This document shows positions 50,746-63,395 of a stretch of 64,000 bases of DNA, in pieces. The position numbers and the translations under genes were made by a program. The stretch is from Sphaerodactylus townsendi. Its lineage: Eukaryota. Under the pieces are notes generated by a model. The model was not told the DNA's origin, made no database searches, and saw nothing but the letters and a program-made list of their open reading frames with translations. Each line of letters starts with the position of its first letter. The first letter of the stretch is position 1. Location: assembly GCF_021028975.2 (NCBI RefSeq), contig NC_059434.1:57102001-57166000 (forward strand), given 5' to 3'.

Positions 50746-51898
50746 GCTTTGTAAGCCTTCCTGCACTGCTGGAAAGTATCTCTGGGAGCATGGGGTGGCA
50801 TGGTTACGGGGTTGTGGGTACAAGTGCTAGAGGAAGAGAAGAGGTAGCATGAAATTGGAACAGAAGCAGCACTTGGGACAACTTGTAGGTAAGGCTGATT
50901 CCGCGTAGGTCAAAAACAGTGGTGTGAAAATGGTTTAAAAGGGTTTAAAAATTTTCACACCATTTTCACACAGCTGTTTTTGGCCCATGCGGAATCAGCC
51001 TAAGTTTGACAGACATCTGGCCATGGTGCATTGGTGCAAACTTACATGCCTAATGTTTTGTAATAATTTTGTATAAAGGGATGGCAGCTGACAGGGTATA
51101 ACAGAATGAATTTACTCCTAGCTAAGCACATAATGATTCCTTGCTACAGCTATGTGGGTTCCAAGCCATTGTGGGAAATCTGGACATATACAACCATTTT
51201 GAGTCACACAAGTCTGTTCAGCCCCCTTCTCAGTGACAGGGGGGCTGTTTTGCTTTGTAAGCCTTCCTGCACTGCTGGAAAGCCTCTCTGGGAGCATGGG
51301 GTGGCATGGTTATGGGGCTGTGGGTACAAGTGCTAGAGGAAGAGAAGAGGTAGCATGAAATTGGAACAGAAGCAGCACTTGGGACAACTTGTAGGTAAGT
51401 TTGACAGACATCTGGCCATGGTGCATTGGTGCAAACTTACATGCCTAATGTTTTGTAATAATTTTGTATAAAGGGATGGCAGCTGACAGGGTATAACAGA
51501 ATGAATTTACTCCTAGCTAAGCACATAATGATTCCTTGCTACAGCTATGTGGGTTCCAAGCCATTGTGGGTCCTGCACTGCTGGAAAGCCTCTCTGGGAG
51601 CATGGGGTGGCATGGTTATGGGGCTGTGGCTGCCTGCTTCATTACTTGGGTGGGGCTGTAAGTGCTAGGGGAAGAGAAGAGGTAGAATGAAATTGGAACA
51701 GAAGCAGCACTTGGGACAACTTGTAGGTAAGTTTGACAGGCTTTTTGGCCATGGTGCATTGGTGCAAACTTACATGCCTAATGTTTTGTAATAATTTTGT
51801 ATAAAGGGATGGCAGCTGACATGGTATAACAGAATGAATTTATTCCTAGCTAAGCACACAATGATTCCTTGCTACAGCTATGTGGGTTCCAAGCCAAT
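50630..51898. repeat. Tandem triplication of a ~330-400 bp unique segment
   Basis: Copies at ~50630-51170, ~51171-51570 and ~51571-51898 share CCTGCACTGCTGGAAAG..CTATGTGGGTTCCAAGCCA. Confidence 0.95.
50893..51000. mobile_element. Short palindromic PIF/Harbinger MITE
   Basis: TIR GGCTGATTCCGC and TAA TSD. The empty site GTAGGTAAGTTTGACAG is present in the sister copies. Confidence 0.95.
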
Positions 51899-53490
51899 GT
51901 CTGTGCCTAGTTATTTCCTCAGGTTTTACATGAAATTTATTATCATCTGGGAGGGATGGGCAGGTCCATTGTACTGGTTTGGGAATGAAAGATTCATGCA
52001 TTTTTTAGAGGACCAAACTACAAAGCTAGTTTGTGACTGGAGGGAAAATACAGTGCATGTGAAGAAGGCTATTTTCCTTCCCTAACAATTATTGCAGTAT
52101 GTTTTCATTGGTTGCAAAGTAATTCTGGTGAAAATGGCAGAAATGGTGTTTATAATCTGGCTTCGTCTGAACTATATCAGAAGGATTATTTATGTTTTTC
52201 AAAGCACACCTCATTCCATTCACAACTGCAGCTGTCATTTAGTATTTACCATGTTATGTAGGTCTTTTGTCTGGTCTTTCAGCTCCAGCTTTGTTTATAG
52301 AAATAATAGAAAATGTCACAGGTAGGCCAAACCAATTGTCAAGCAAGAGAAAGTTGGCAAGCAGGAAGTGTATCTTAAATCATGTTCTTTCCACATTATG
52401 TGAATGCCAAGAGACTGTTTGGATCTAGTTCTTTTGGAAACAATGGAAGACAAAATGTAGAATGTCAAAATATAAGCATAACTGCACTTGTCATGCATGA
52501 CTAAGTGCCAGTTTACCCATAGTCCAGGCATGAAGGCTGTATATGTGATGGAGCATAGGAGCAAATCTTTAACATGAGCCAGTTGATGTATACAAATGCC
52601 TATGGAAGTAGAGCCCAGTTTGGATGTAAAGTCATGTGCACAAACACACGTTAAGGAAAGATAAAGAAGACTCATTCACTTATTTATTTGCAAGCAAAAC
52701 TGTGTTTGAACTAGCCACAAGAATTGCACAAATTGATGTAGTATGTTCATAATTATTTGCTTTGTTTATATCTATAGTATGTTTTAAAGAAGAATACCAG
52801 AATGACTTGAATGAAATCTGTGGGAATTTATGGATGGATTTCACTGTATTATCATTAACTGTTTCTATAACACAATTAATCAGTTTCAATTATTCATTTT
52901 TAGTGCAGAACAGATGGCTCGAGATGAAAGAGATTTATTTTAATAGCTTCAGGTTTTTTTTAATGGTTTGATTTTTCTGCTCATTTTCCAAGCAAATCCA
53001 AGATGTTTCACACTGGGGATGTACATACAGTGAAGTGTCTGCAACAACTGGTCAAGGATATTAAAGTGATTCTCTTCTCATCAGCTTCCAAAAATGAAAC
53101 CTGCCAAACATTCTAATTGGGAAATAGTCTTATGAAATTATTTTACTGTTTGCCAAGATGTGCTTTTGAAACATTTGGCAGGAGTTTTCATTCACGATAA
53201 AAGAAAATATGGAAGAGTGGAAAACAATTAGAAGGATCCCTTTGAAAAGAACAGCTAAATATGCTTAATCCTTTTAAAGTGGGCGGGTGACTTTTTGCTA
53301 TTCAAGTTTAAGTGCTGCAATCAAGGAAAAGGAAGTAGGGATAAATGAAGAATATGGCTACATTATACTAATAACAGCCCAACCTAAACACACTTTTCTC
53401 TTAAATTCTATATACTGCATTATAGCCAATTCTATTATCTTCTTGTGCTGTATAATTTATGCGCTTTTCTTTATTGAATAATATACTTAA

Positions 53491-53570
53491 GGCTGCAATC
53501 CTGCTGTCAGTTAAGTCCAATTAATTTCACTGAGACTGATGTGTTTGTAAGTCTGTTCAGGATTGCAGCC
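53491..53570. mobile_element. Small old hairpin MITE (Harbinger-like)
   Basis: Perfect 13-bp inverted ends GGCTGCAATCCTG, preceded by TAA. Confidence 0.6.
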
Positions 53571-54252
53571 AAAATATACAAACTGAATAAGACGAGGTGG
53601 GTTTTTTTGGTTGCTTTGACTTATACCAATTAAGAAGCTGCTTTAAACCAAGTCAGGGGGTCTCAGATAGTGTGATAGTGAACCTCTTTAAGTCAAGCTA
53701 AAAACTGCTTGAGCCTACTCAGTTTTAAAACAAGACAAAGAAAGACTATATTGGCAGTGTTCACTCTTCCTCTTAACCAGAGGACAAGGAAATTTAAAAA
53801 AATGAAGAAGACTGTGAGCCACAAGAAGAGGAGTCATGGTCTTTTTCAGGCATTTGATTTTGACACTCAAATTTGCTTAATAGAAATGCACGCTATATGC
53901 AGTCATTCCAGAATGGTTGCTATTTTGTGTGAATGGACACACATGTTTTCTATATAGAAAATACAGCATTATCCCATGCACACAAATGGTGACCACATTG
54001 GAACACCAAAACAAAACATCTGGAAGGCCTTCTATGAAGCAAGAAATGTTTGTTTGCTTCACTGATTTGCACAAACAGCGATTGACACAATGGATGAGGC
54101 TTGCACACAGACCCAATTCACAGTTTGCATGGGTCCTCTTTCCCCTCTAACTATACCTCTTCCATTTGTCCTCCACATCTGTTTTCTTCTTCAGCCTCTC
54201 TTTTTCCCATTTCCATTTGATTATTCTGATCGTGTGAAATTTTGATTTCTTA

Positions 54253-54360
54253 CCGTATATACTCGTGTATATGTCGACCCATGTATAAGTCGAGGCACGT
54301 AATTTTACCACCAAAAACTGGGAAAACGTATTGACTCGTGTATAAGTCTAGGGTGGTAAC
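54253..54360. mobile_element. TcMar (Tc2/pogo-like) terminal fragment
   Basis: TA then CCGTATATACTCG, with repeated TGTATAAGTC subterminal motifs. Confidence 0.6.
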
Positions 54361-55086
54361 TCGAAAGCAGGCAGGGGCAGGGAAGAGTCAGGGCACCCAA
54401 TCCCTACTGGATCGCTCCTCCCCTGCCCCCTCCTGGATCCCCACAGCAACCCCAGCCTTTGGCTGCTCTGGCATTTCCTTGCTTGCAAGCAAGGAAACGG
54501 CAGACAGAGCATTCACTTGCTTTTGAGGTTTCCTTGTTTGGGACATTAGAGCTGTTCCTGGATCCAACCAGCTAATTGGACACTTCCAGACTATCATAAC
54601 CACAGCCACAATTGGCCACACCTGTATCTAAGTTTCTCTATGAGAATCTCCAAAGCTGTAATTAATGAGCTGTGACAGACAATTTTCAGCTGTGATGGAC
54701 AATTTCAAAAACACAACACGTGTTTGTTTGCACTTTCGATAACTCCTCAATCCTCAATCAATCCTCAATCGATAAGTACATTTAGCCAAGTCGGAACTAC
54801 ATTCCAATTGAATGGTACCAAGCTCCCCTAATGGCTTTTTCAGTTATATGATCCAGTCATTGATGGGTTGCCCAATTACCAGCCCTGAGATTTTCTTAAT
54901 GCTTAAGTCCATGATTTCTAAAATGGTGTGGATTTTTTTAAAGGACATCTCTTTTCTACTTTTGAGAGCTCAAAAAACAGGAGTTTAAAACAGGATAATA
55001 ATAGCAGCAATGGTAACTTGGGTCTCTGTGTGCAAGGGTGGCATAAAAATGTTTTAAACATATACATTTACATGGTCATTGATAAG

Positions 55087-55285
55087 AGAACCAGTGTGTA
55101 GTGGTTAGTGTGTTGTTGATCTAAGACCTGGATTCAGTTCCTACACTGACACGAAACTCACTGGGTAACTTGGGGCATTCTTTATCTCTTATCCTAACCT
55201 ACATCACAGAGTTGATGTGAAGAATAAACAGAAAAGAGGCAAGCCAAGTATACTATCTTGGAGGATCAGTGAGGATAAAAATGGT
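55087..55285 (+). mobile_element. Old tRNA/CORE SINE
   Basis: GTGTAGTGGTTAG..CTCACTGGGTAACTTGGG..CCTAACCTACATCACAGAGTTGATGTGA. Confidence 0.6.
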
Positions 55286-55744
55286 AGAGATAGGAATAAA
55301 CTAATTGACTACAAACATCTACTTAACTTACCTTATATCCCAATTTGAGCAGCAAGTCAGTCCAGTTTCCGAGGTAACCGTAACTGCTCTAACGGATCAT
55401 CAGTATATTTCAAGTGGTTAGTTGTACTTCATATAGTGTATGCTTGAACAGGAGTGCCCATTTTTATATAATACATCACTTAAACTACATTTAATGCTCT
55501 TCCATTACCAAGTATCTTGGGGAAAAATCACAACAGAGTTCTATAAACAGGCAATCTTATTTCCTCCCCCTCCCCTTTTAAAAAAGATCTGAGGAATGAC
55601 AAAGAAAATCTTTCATAACCTATAAGTCTCAATTGATGATGCTTGTTGGGCAAGGACACTATCAGAACAGTATATAATCCTGAGTATGTTTTGTTGATAT
55701 TAGACTATAGCAGCAATAGCCAAGGTATTCCTGTGTATTATTAT

Positions 55745-55972
55745 TTATTTTATTTACATCATTCATACCTTGCCTTTCTTCCTTGGGGAGAACCAAATCA
55801 GCTTATATCACTCTCCTTATGCTCTGTTTAATTCTCACAAAGACCCTGTGAGGTAAGCCAGATGGAAAGTATGTGACTGGCCCACAGTCACCCAGCAAAC
55901 CTCCATGTCAGAGAGGGGACTCAACCTGAGTGTCCCAACCCAAGTCTGACACTATAATCACTACATAACACT
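55745..55972 (-). mobile_element. Old tRNA/CORE SINE
   Basis: CCCTGTGAGGTAAG..GTGACTGGCCCACAGTCACCCAGCAA..CACTACA. Confidence 0.7.
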
Positions 55973-58139
55973 ACAGTGCAACTACAGTGAAAACAAGAAC
56001 TTCTCAAGCAGGAAACCTTCTGGTCAAGTTTGAAATACATTAGGCTTCCCTCATATACAGAAGAACATACTACATACTGATAATATTCCCCAGAAGCACT
56101 TTGCCTAGCTCTCTAGGCCTTCAGGAAACCAGGCCCTACTGTAATTTTATCCTTTCCCTCTCCACAGTCTTTGCAGCCCTGATTTCAAGAGGTGAAACAG
56201 AACAGAAAACACATATAGTCAGACTTAAGTGGTGGGGAAGTTGGAAGAAAAATATGTGAGTGAGTTCTGGGGAAATGAATAAAGTAGCATGTTGATGATA
56301 CATGAACCAGATCAATCTAGAAACAGCAGCACAAAGAACTTAAATTTGGGCAAATGAGCCTAATGAGATTTCTAGGAAGAGAGCAGACTGAGAGATGCAA
56401 GAGAATTTTTAAAACAATCTTTTGAAACCTGCAGATCTCCAATTTAACTGAGCAGGGGTCTTGACAGATGTTTTGAATATAAAAAGAGAAAGCTTTGTTG
56501 TTCACTTTCAATAAAATGCGTTCAAGGAACCCGAATGAACCAAACCTCACTAACCTATAATGTCTGCAGGTCCATAGTCAACTCCAGGTGTCAAAATGTA
56601 TTTGAAGGGAAAGAATCTTTTGACTTATGTTCTGTATGTTTTGCCAATAATGCAAGCCATATCCCATAAGTCCCCATTATTTACAGAGTATTGCTGGAAA
56701 TATAGGAAGAAAGCAAACTTTTGAATTACACACAACTCTTCTTTCAAGAAATATGTTTTAATGGAATAAAGCTGGATTGTATCGCAGCAAACGGATATAC
56801 TCTAATAAGTTATTGAGAAGTTAGTATCATCATCAACATATCTAATTCTTGACATGGCCCAGATCTGTGGATACTTAAATGTGTAGATTTTTTCACAAAA
56901 CATTCCAGGAATTACAGAAAATGTTGAAATATATAGAAAATACACTGGGGGCTAAACCCTCAAAATAACAGAAACAGTACCTGTAGCTGCCATTGCTAAA
57001 CATCCGCAACAGTGGATTGCCTGTTTTGGAGCCTTGCTTTCTAGCAGTAAATGTCCAGGGAGGGCTGCCATGACCTTTGAAGGACTCATTAGAGCCAGGC
57101 CTGCCAGCAACTGCTAGTCAACTTGCTACCACCTAATTGCATGACTCATCTAGCCACTGGGCAAAATCCAGCAGGAGATTTTAACTATCACTAGGATGAG
57201 TCAGAGGAAGTATAATCACATATTCATTATATAGTTTTTTGTATATGTTCAGTACTTGGGAACAATTCTTTTAGTAGACATTAAGCTAAAGCTTATTACA
57301 ATGTGACATCAATTGGGACTCAAAAGGCTTTCATATCTTAATATTGTAGTTTATACAATTCAGAGATTACAGTTGTACAAGTAACATTTAGGATATGCTT
57401 TCTTTTGGTGTTCCTTATTGTAGGAGTGGATGGTTTGAGTTGCTTATGGCATTTTTCAGCAAAAATGTTCAATGTTCTAAGAAACAATACACCCTTCTTG
57501 GTCCATTGCAGCTGGGGGTTGAGAAGGGTGTAACGCTGCTTAGAATCCCACAGTATAAATCAAAACACTGAGAAGTTAGAAAAGAGGGTGGGAAGAGATT
57601 CAAATATTTTGTTGAAATATTGGCAAATGTTATTATGTAATACATGTATACATGTCTGTGAGCACCTGCATTTTATGGATTAAGTCAATCAGCCAGAGAA
57701 ATGCTAAAATCTTGGAAACAATGCTAGTGTATATGACTTATTTCTGTCATATAAATAATGTTGTACAAAATCAACCAGTTCTGTGTCTGTGTGACGGCTC
57801 GCATAATTCTATGGATTAGGTTAGTAGTTTGTAGAATAATATTCTGTTGACAACGATGTGCGTGTGTGTATTCGTGTAGTTCTTTTTATTGCTGCTTTAT
57901 CAGGGGTTTATATAATTTTGGGAAATGATTTCTCAGTGTTTTCTATTATAGAGACCCATGGAGGGAGAGTGAATACCTCTTCTCTCCTCTCCCTAGTCAG
58001 TAACCACATATCCATGGCAATATTTGAAGACTACAATTTCTAAAGATCTGTTAAGACCTCATATAGCAAGACTATCCACATCACAACTTCTATATCTGAA
58101 ATGCAAACCAATGGCCATTCAGTTAATGTAGTATATGTG

Positions 58140-58450
58140 TAAGTACCATCAAGCTGCTTTCATCTCATGGCTACCCTTTGAATTAATGTTCACAAAATGT
58201 CCTATTTGTTAACAGCCTTGCTCAGATCTTGCAAATTGAGGGTTGCAGCTTCCTTTATAGAGCACTTCAGTTTTTCCTAACATTATTGCCTTTCCCAGTG
58301 AGTTGTCTTCTCATAATATGGCTAAAGTACGATAGCCTCAGTTAAATCATTTAACTTCTAAGGGCACTTCAGGCTTCATTTGGTCTAGAACCCTCTTATT
58401 TCTCTTTTTGGTGGTCTATGGTATTAGTAAAATTCTCCTGCAACACCAGT
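58140..58450 (-). mobile_element. RTE/BovB-type LINE 3' remnant
   Basis: TCTTCTCATAATATGGCTAAAGTACGATAGCCTCAG..CTCCTGCAACACCA is characteristic of RTE 3' regions. Confidence 0.7.
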
Positions 58451-58964
58451 AGAAATTCAGTGGTGGCATTTCTAGTCCCCTAACTTGGCTCAGTGACAGT
58501 GGAAAATTTCACATTCTTTTGCCAAATAAAGGTGCTACATTTTTCTTCTATTACTTGTAATTGCTGAAGAGTTTCTTGGCATGTGGGCAATTAGGTTCTT
58601 CTCTATACTAAGGAGGCTTTAGCAAGAGATGACTTTGTCCATCTGTCTCTTACTAGCTTGTAAAATGTGACATCTGTGACTATTTAAAGGAAAAGATAGT
58701 TGGAAGTACGCAAGGCAAAAACAGTGCAGTAGCCAAGAGTGAAGGGAATGATTCATGCTGACAGAAAAAGAAAAAAAAATCTGAATGTCAGTTTTCTTCT
58801 AAAAAATTTTTTCCTCCTACCGTTCTCCTTGCTCCCTCTATTATTGAAATAAAGTATATGGAATGAGGATCAATTCAATAATGGTCTGCTACAAATGATA
58901 TTTAAGTACAATTTGATTTTTTTTAAAAAAATCTTGAGATGATAAAAATGTTGAGATGATGAAA

Positions 58965-58990
58965 TGTATGTATGTATGTATGTATGTATG

Positions 58991-59019
<29 letters not shown>
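58965..59019. repeat. (TATG)n microsatellite
   Basis: Direct reading. Confidence 0.95.
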
Positions 59020-59022
<3 letters not shown>

Positions 59023-62000
59023 AATTAATTTTCATTTCAATGGTCATAGGAACAAAAAGCTCACCATGAAATCCAGATCGGATTTTATATGAGGATGAAT
59101 ATTTTATAATGGATTTCAATTCAGAGTTTTCAAATGTCCTTTGAGGGTGTTCTGGGTCATGGCATTGCTGGGAAGACTGGGAGTGATGGCAGATACTTCT
59201 GGAAACTCCCCCAACTTCTTATCCTAGAGGTCATTTTCTGTCCTATACATTCCAAAAAAAGAAATCTAAACACTGTGCTGCCTAAGGAGGTGATGTCACC
59301 ATGGTTTCACTTTGACAGCATGTCCTGTCAATCATACTATACTCTAGCCTGATATGTGTCAGATATGCCTAAGAGACATGACCTAAATTTTGACACTGTA
59401 CTTGAGCTTGGAAAACTAAGTATTGGCTTCTTATCACCATTCATACGCCTACAAAAATTTAGCAGATCTTAGAAAATGTGAACAAATATTCTTATTGTCT
59501 TTAAAATAATAAAGAAGAGTAGGCTTTTTAAGCTCTTTAAGAAGAGTAAGCTTCATGGTTTCCAGGGAAAATAATCTTTCAGTTCTGCTTACCATGGGAT
59601 ACAGAAAATACTGCTCAGGATTGGGAAAGTAACTATTATTACTGTTATTGCAGAATGCTGTATGTTTGCTAAGCAGGATTTGTTTTCCTACAGAGTCTAT
59701 GAGGAGGAAAAAAGATGCTTCTGGAACAGCAACAGGTTTATGACTAGGGGTTGACAGGGAGAGAGGATGGTTTGAGTTATGATCTTCATGTCTGAAGGAG
59801 CCAGAATGCTCACCGTGTCTGGCGCTGAGGAGAAGGCTCCTTGCTGAGCAGTGGTAAAAGCAGTAGTCAATTTTTGAAGCAGCTGTGTATAAAGGGATTT
59901 AAAGGCTTCAGAAGGAATTGTTTGGGCATATGAGTTCTGTGGAAGTAGCTTAAGTTTGTTCACTTTCTCTCTTCCATTTGATGTTACCCCATGCAGCAAG
60001 GTAAAATGCTTGGAAGCATTTCCATAGCAATGTCATATGTAGAAAAATATACCTATTTCAAATGTTTTCTAATAAAACACTTTTGGACAATGAACTCTTT
60101 TTATAGTCCACATCCTCCACAGTTCTGCACTTTACATTTAGACATTTTATCTAATGTTTGCTGATGCTGGCAAGTTGTCCTTTTAACCTTGTGCCTTTTA
60201 AGGCTACACATATTGAATCATTTCATGAAGCATATGTTTTTGAAAACTTACATGGAAACCTTTGGCAGCAGGCTTGCTCCAATGAGGAAATACTTCTTTC
60301 TTAGTGGAAGGAGCTCATTGGATCTGACTCAACTTTAACATTTTGAAACAAGCATTCACACAATCAGAAAAGAGGTGCAGACTTTTACAAGCTAAAATAG
60401 ATGCAATTCATTGCCAGTTTTAAGTGTAACTATTAATTTTTTATCAGAGTTAGCCTCCAATCCTGTTTTAAGAACCAAGACCCTACCTTTATACCGTACC
60501 TTTTCTATTGGCTCAATATGACTTATGCAGGTAATAATTGAAACATTTCTCATTAAAACCAGATAAAAAAATTAAATTGCATCTGAAATTCATAATATTT
60601 ATATTGAATTGACATGCATCATTTCAGAATGCCAAGTCACCTTCCCACATCTGTGGAACAGGCATTGGAGGAAGGAGATGGGGGAACAGTAGTTGCAGAT
60701 GGTGGTGTGGGAGGGGAAATAAACAGAATTTTTTCACCTTAACAGAAATCTAGAATCTAATTATTCTAGACCTAAAGTCAAAACTGAGGGGAAAGATCAG
60801 GTTAAAGTTAAGAAAAGGCTGTTGATCATAACTGTGATAACTAGTAGACTGTGTACATAATATATATGGGCTTTTATATAGGATTCTGGTCTCTGTAGCT
60901 AGATAATGGGTGTTCATATGGTGTATGTTCATTGCTAAGCTTAGCAATGAATATGCCATATAGGGAACTATTGATATAGTAACTGTTAAACTGTGGTTGT
61001 TTTTTTAAAAAAAACTGCATTCCTTCTAATGTTGTAGTCCTTGTTCTTTTGCATTGTTCATTGGATATCTTATGCAGTCTGTTTGCAATGTTGCTATATT
61101 TTGGATATTTTATGCAGTCTGGTTGCAATGTTACTATATTTTGTCATCCTGCTTCAATCTCAGCAAGAACTGTAGTCTGGAGATCAGCTATAATTCAAGG
61201 GGATCTCTGGATCTCCCTGTGGACAGAGGTTGACATCCCTATTAACTCACTATCTTTCTTACCCCAATTATGATTCAGTGAATGGTGCTTTTCTAGAAGT
61301 ATGCTAGGAAAGGAGTGGCACAACTTACTGTGGCCACCGTTGCTGCTGGGGAAGGGACACCCCAGCCCACAGGCTGCTGACTTCCCCTTGCCTCGCGAGA
61401 CCTCTCCAAGCGTGCTAGGCTCGGCCAGCCCCTTGCAGGACAATGACGTCAGAGAGGTCGCCCTGACGTCACGGGGAGAGAAGGACGTGTAGCTTGTTTA
61501 AGGCCTTGCTCTTCCCACTTCTCTCTCTCAGACAGAAAAAGAATGTTGGGGGGTTCTTTTCAAGTTGATTGACAGAACTTCTGGTTCACAAACTTCCTAC
61601 TACATGTCTTAAGGGGTTTTTTTGGTGTATGGGGGTGTGGATACAGTTTTCTATGGATGGGGGAGGAGAGGAAACCAAAGCAAACTAAATACTATGGCCT
61701 AGATACTAGATACCAGGCCAAGTGTGTAAGGAGTGAACTCTTTCAGTGTTGAACAGCATCATCTGAACCTACATGCTGGAAAGCAACACAGAATGGTTCT
61801 GCGGAACAGCATCTCTCAGCACATTTTAAAGAACAGGCAAGGATAAATGAAAAACGCTTTGGTTATATTAGTGCTCAAAGCTTTGACTCAAAGTAGTTCT
61901 GCCCAGACACTAGTGATCGCATTGGGTAGTCTCTTGGGCAAATCACTCGAGGAAATGTTAAACTTGGCGAACTGCTCTTTAGCTGTTGAAAATGATTAAA

Positions 62001-63220
62001 CTTCACTGTAAGGCATTTTCTTGTCTGACATCTTCATCTGAAGGTATCTATGAGCGAGGAAAAAGCTGAACCATTTATGTGACAGAGTTGGAGGGGATGA
62101 AAGCTTCCTTATCAAACAACTGAACAAGCCTCAGGCAAATTTGTGCCCCTGTAGTGCCAATAAGGAACAGATCTTTGATTTGTAAAATTCAGGTGTGAAG
62201 AAATGGCACAGTTTGAGGAAAGCTTTGCAGTTCACTGTCCAGGTTGAAACTTTACTTGAAACAATTATGTTATGCGACTTTCTATAAGAATATTCATCTG
62301 ACATAACCACAAGCCTTTGAAGTCTATATTCAAGGTCACATTTTATTTTATCCAGAAGACAGACTAGCTCTGTGGTGTTTTGTAATTATCACTCCATTGT
62401 TGTTGTATAACACAGAGTGTGTATTTGAAATTGTATTCTATTACTTTATCTTTTTGCTACTGAAAGCACAATGGTGCATATTGTTTGAGTTTCATAAACG
62501 TGAATATACAATCATAACACGTTTTCGTGATGGATATATTACAGGTGAGCCTATATTTAGTGTGAATATCCAGGGTCAGCAAGGGGGCTATTGTCAATGG
62601 GAAACACCAAGCCAGTGCAATTCCTGACAGCAGAGGATACAGGGGAGCATAATAATAACCTATTCATTAACATCTTTCAGGCACTCCGCCATTGTAAGGT
62701 CTCTCTATAGGTTTGGGCTGTCTCAGGGGGCTTCTAGGCAATCTCTCACTCCCAACATGGCAAACAGCAGGGATCTTGTTTCATCGTACAGTTCTTAGAT
62801 TTACATGTGACACTCTGGAGTGTACTATTTTTTGCAAAGCTGTAATGCAGGGAGAGGGAAAAGAAAATGAGGCATACTGGGGAACTATGAATATCCTGGA
62901 TATCCTACAACTATATAATCTGCAGAAATGACTGAGTGTTGAGTTATATTTGTACTTACAGGAGCTCTTCACAGACATTGCTTGAGCTATAAGGAAGCTA
63001 CATTTTCACTAGCAACTCCTGCCTGGCTGCATGTATGACAGGTCTGGTCATGTAAGTCTTTCAACAGAAATGTCAACTAGGGATGTGCATCACCAAATAT
63101 GAATCTGGAATTTTATTTTAAAAATTTAGAACTCTCCCAAATTCCAAAATTTAACATTACATTGAATTCAAGAGGAAATAACCCTTTCCCACTAAAAAGA
63201 AAGCAGATCACTTTTCAAAG

Positions 63221-63395
63221 CATTGTTGAAGGCTTTCTCGACCAGAATAATTGGGGTGTTGTGTGGTTTCTGGGCTGTCTGGCCATGCTCTAGTAGCATT
63301 TTCTCCTGACGTTTCGCCCGCATCTGTGGCTGGCATCTTCAGAGGATCTGATGGTAGTAAAGCAAGTAGTAAAGCAAGTAGTAAAGCAAGTAAAG
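63221..63395 (-). mobile_element. Short Penelope pLTR insertion
   Basis: Reverse complement is closely similar to 42790-42893. Imperfect flanking repeat CTTTTCAAAG / CTTTCCAAAG. Confidence 0.85.
63305..63345 (-). ncRNA. Minimal type I hammerhead ribozyme (Penelope-associated)
   Basis: Minus strand CCT-CTGAAGA-T-GCC(AGCCACAGATGCG)GGC-GAAAC-GTC-AGG; all core nucleotides intact. Confidence 0.85.

Noticed and set aside
59680-60005. Acceptor-like TTTTCCTACAG and a 100-aa minus-strand ORF
   Set aside because: Plus-strand frames close quickly and no homology is recognisable.
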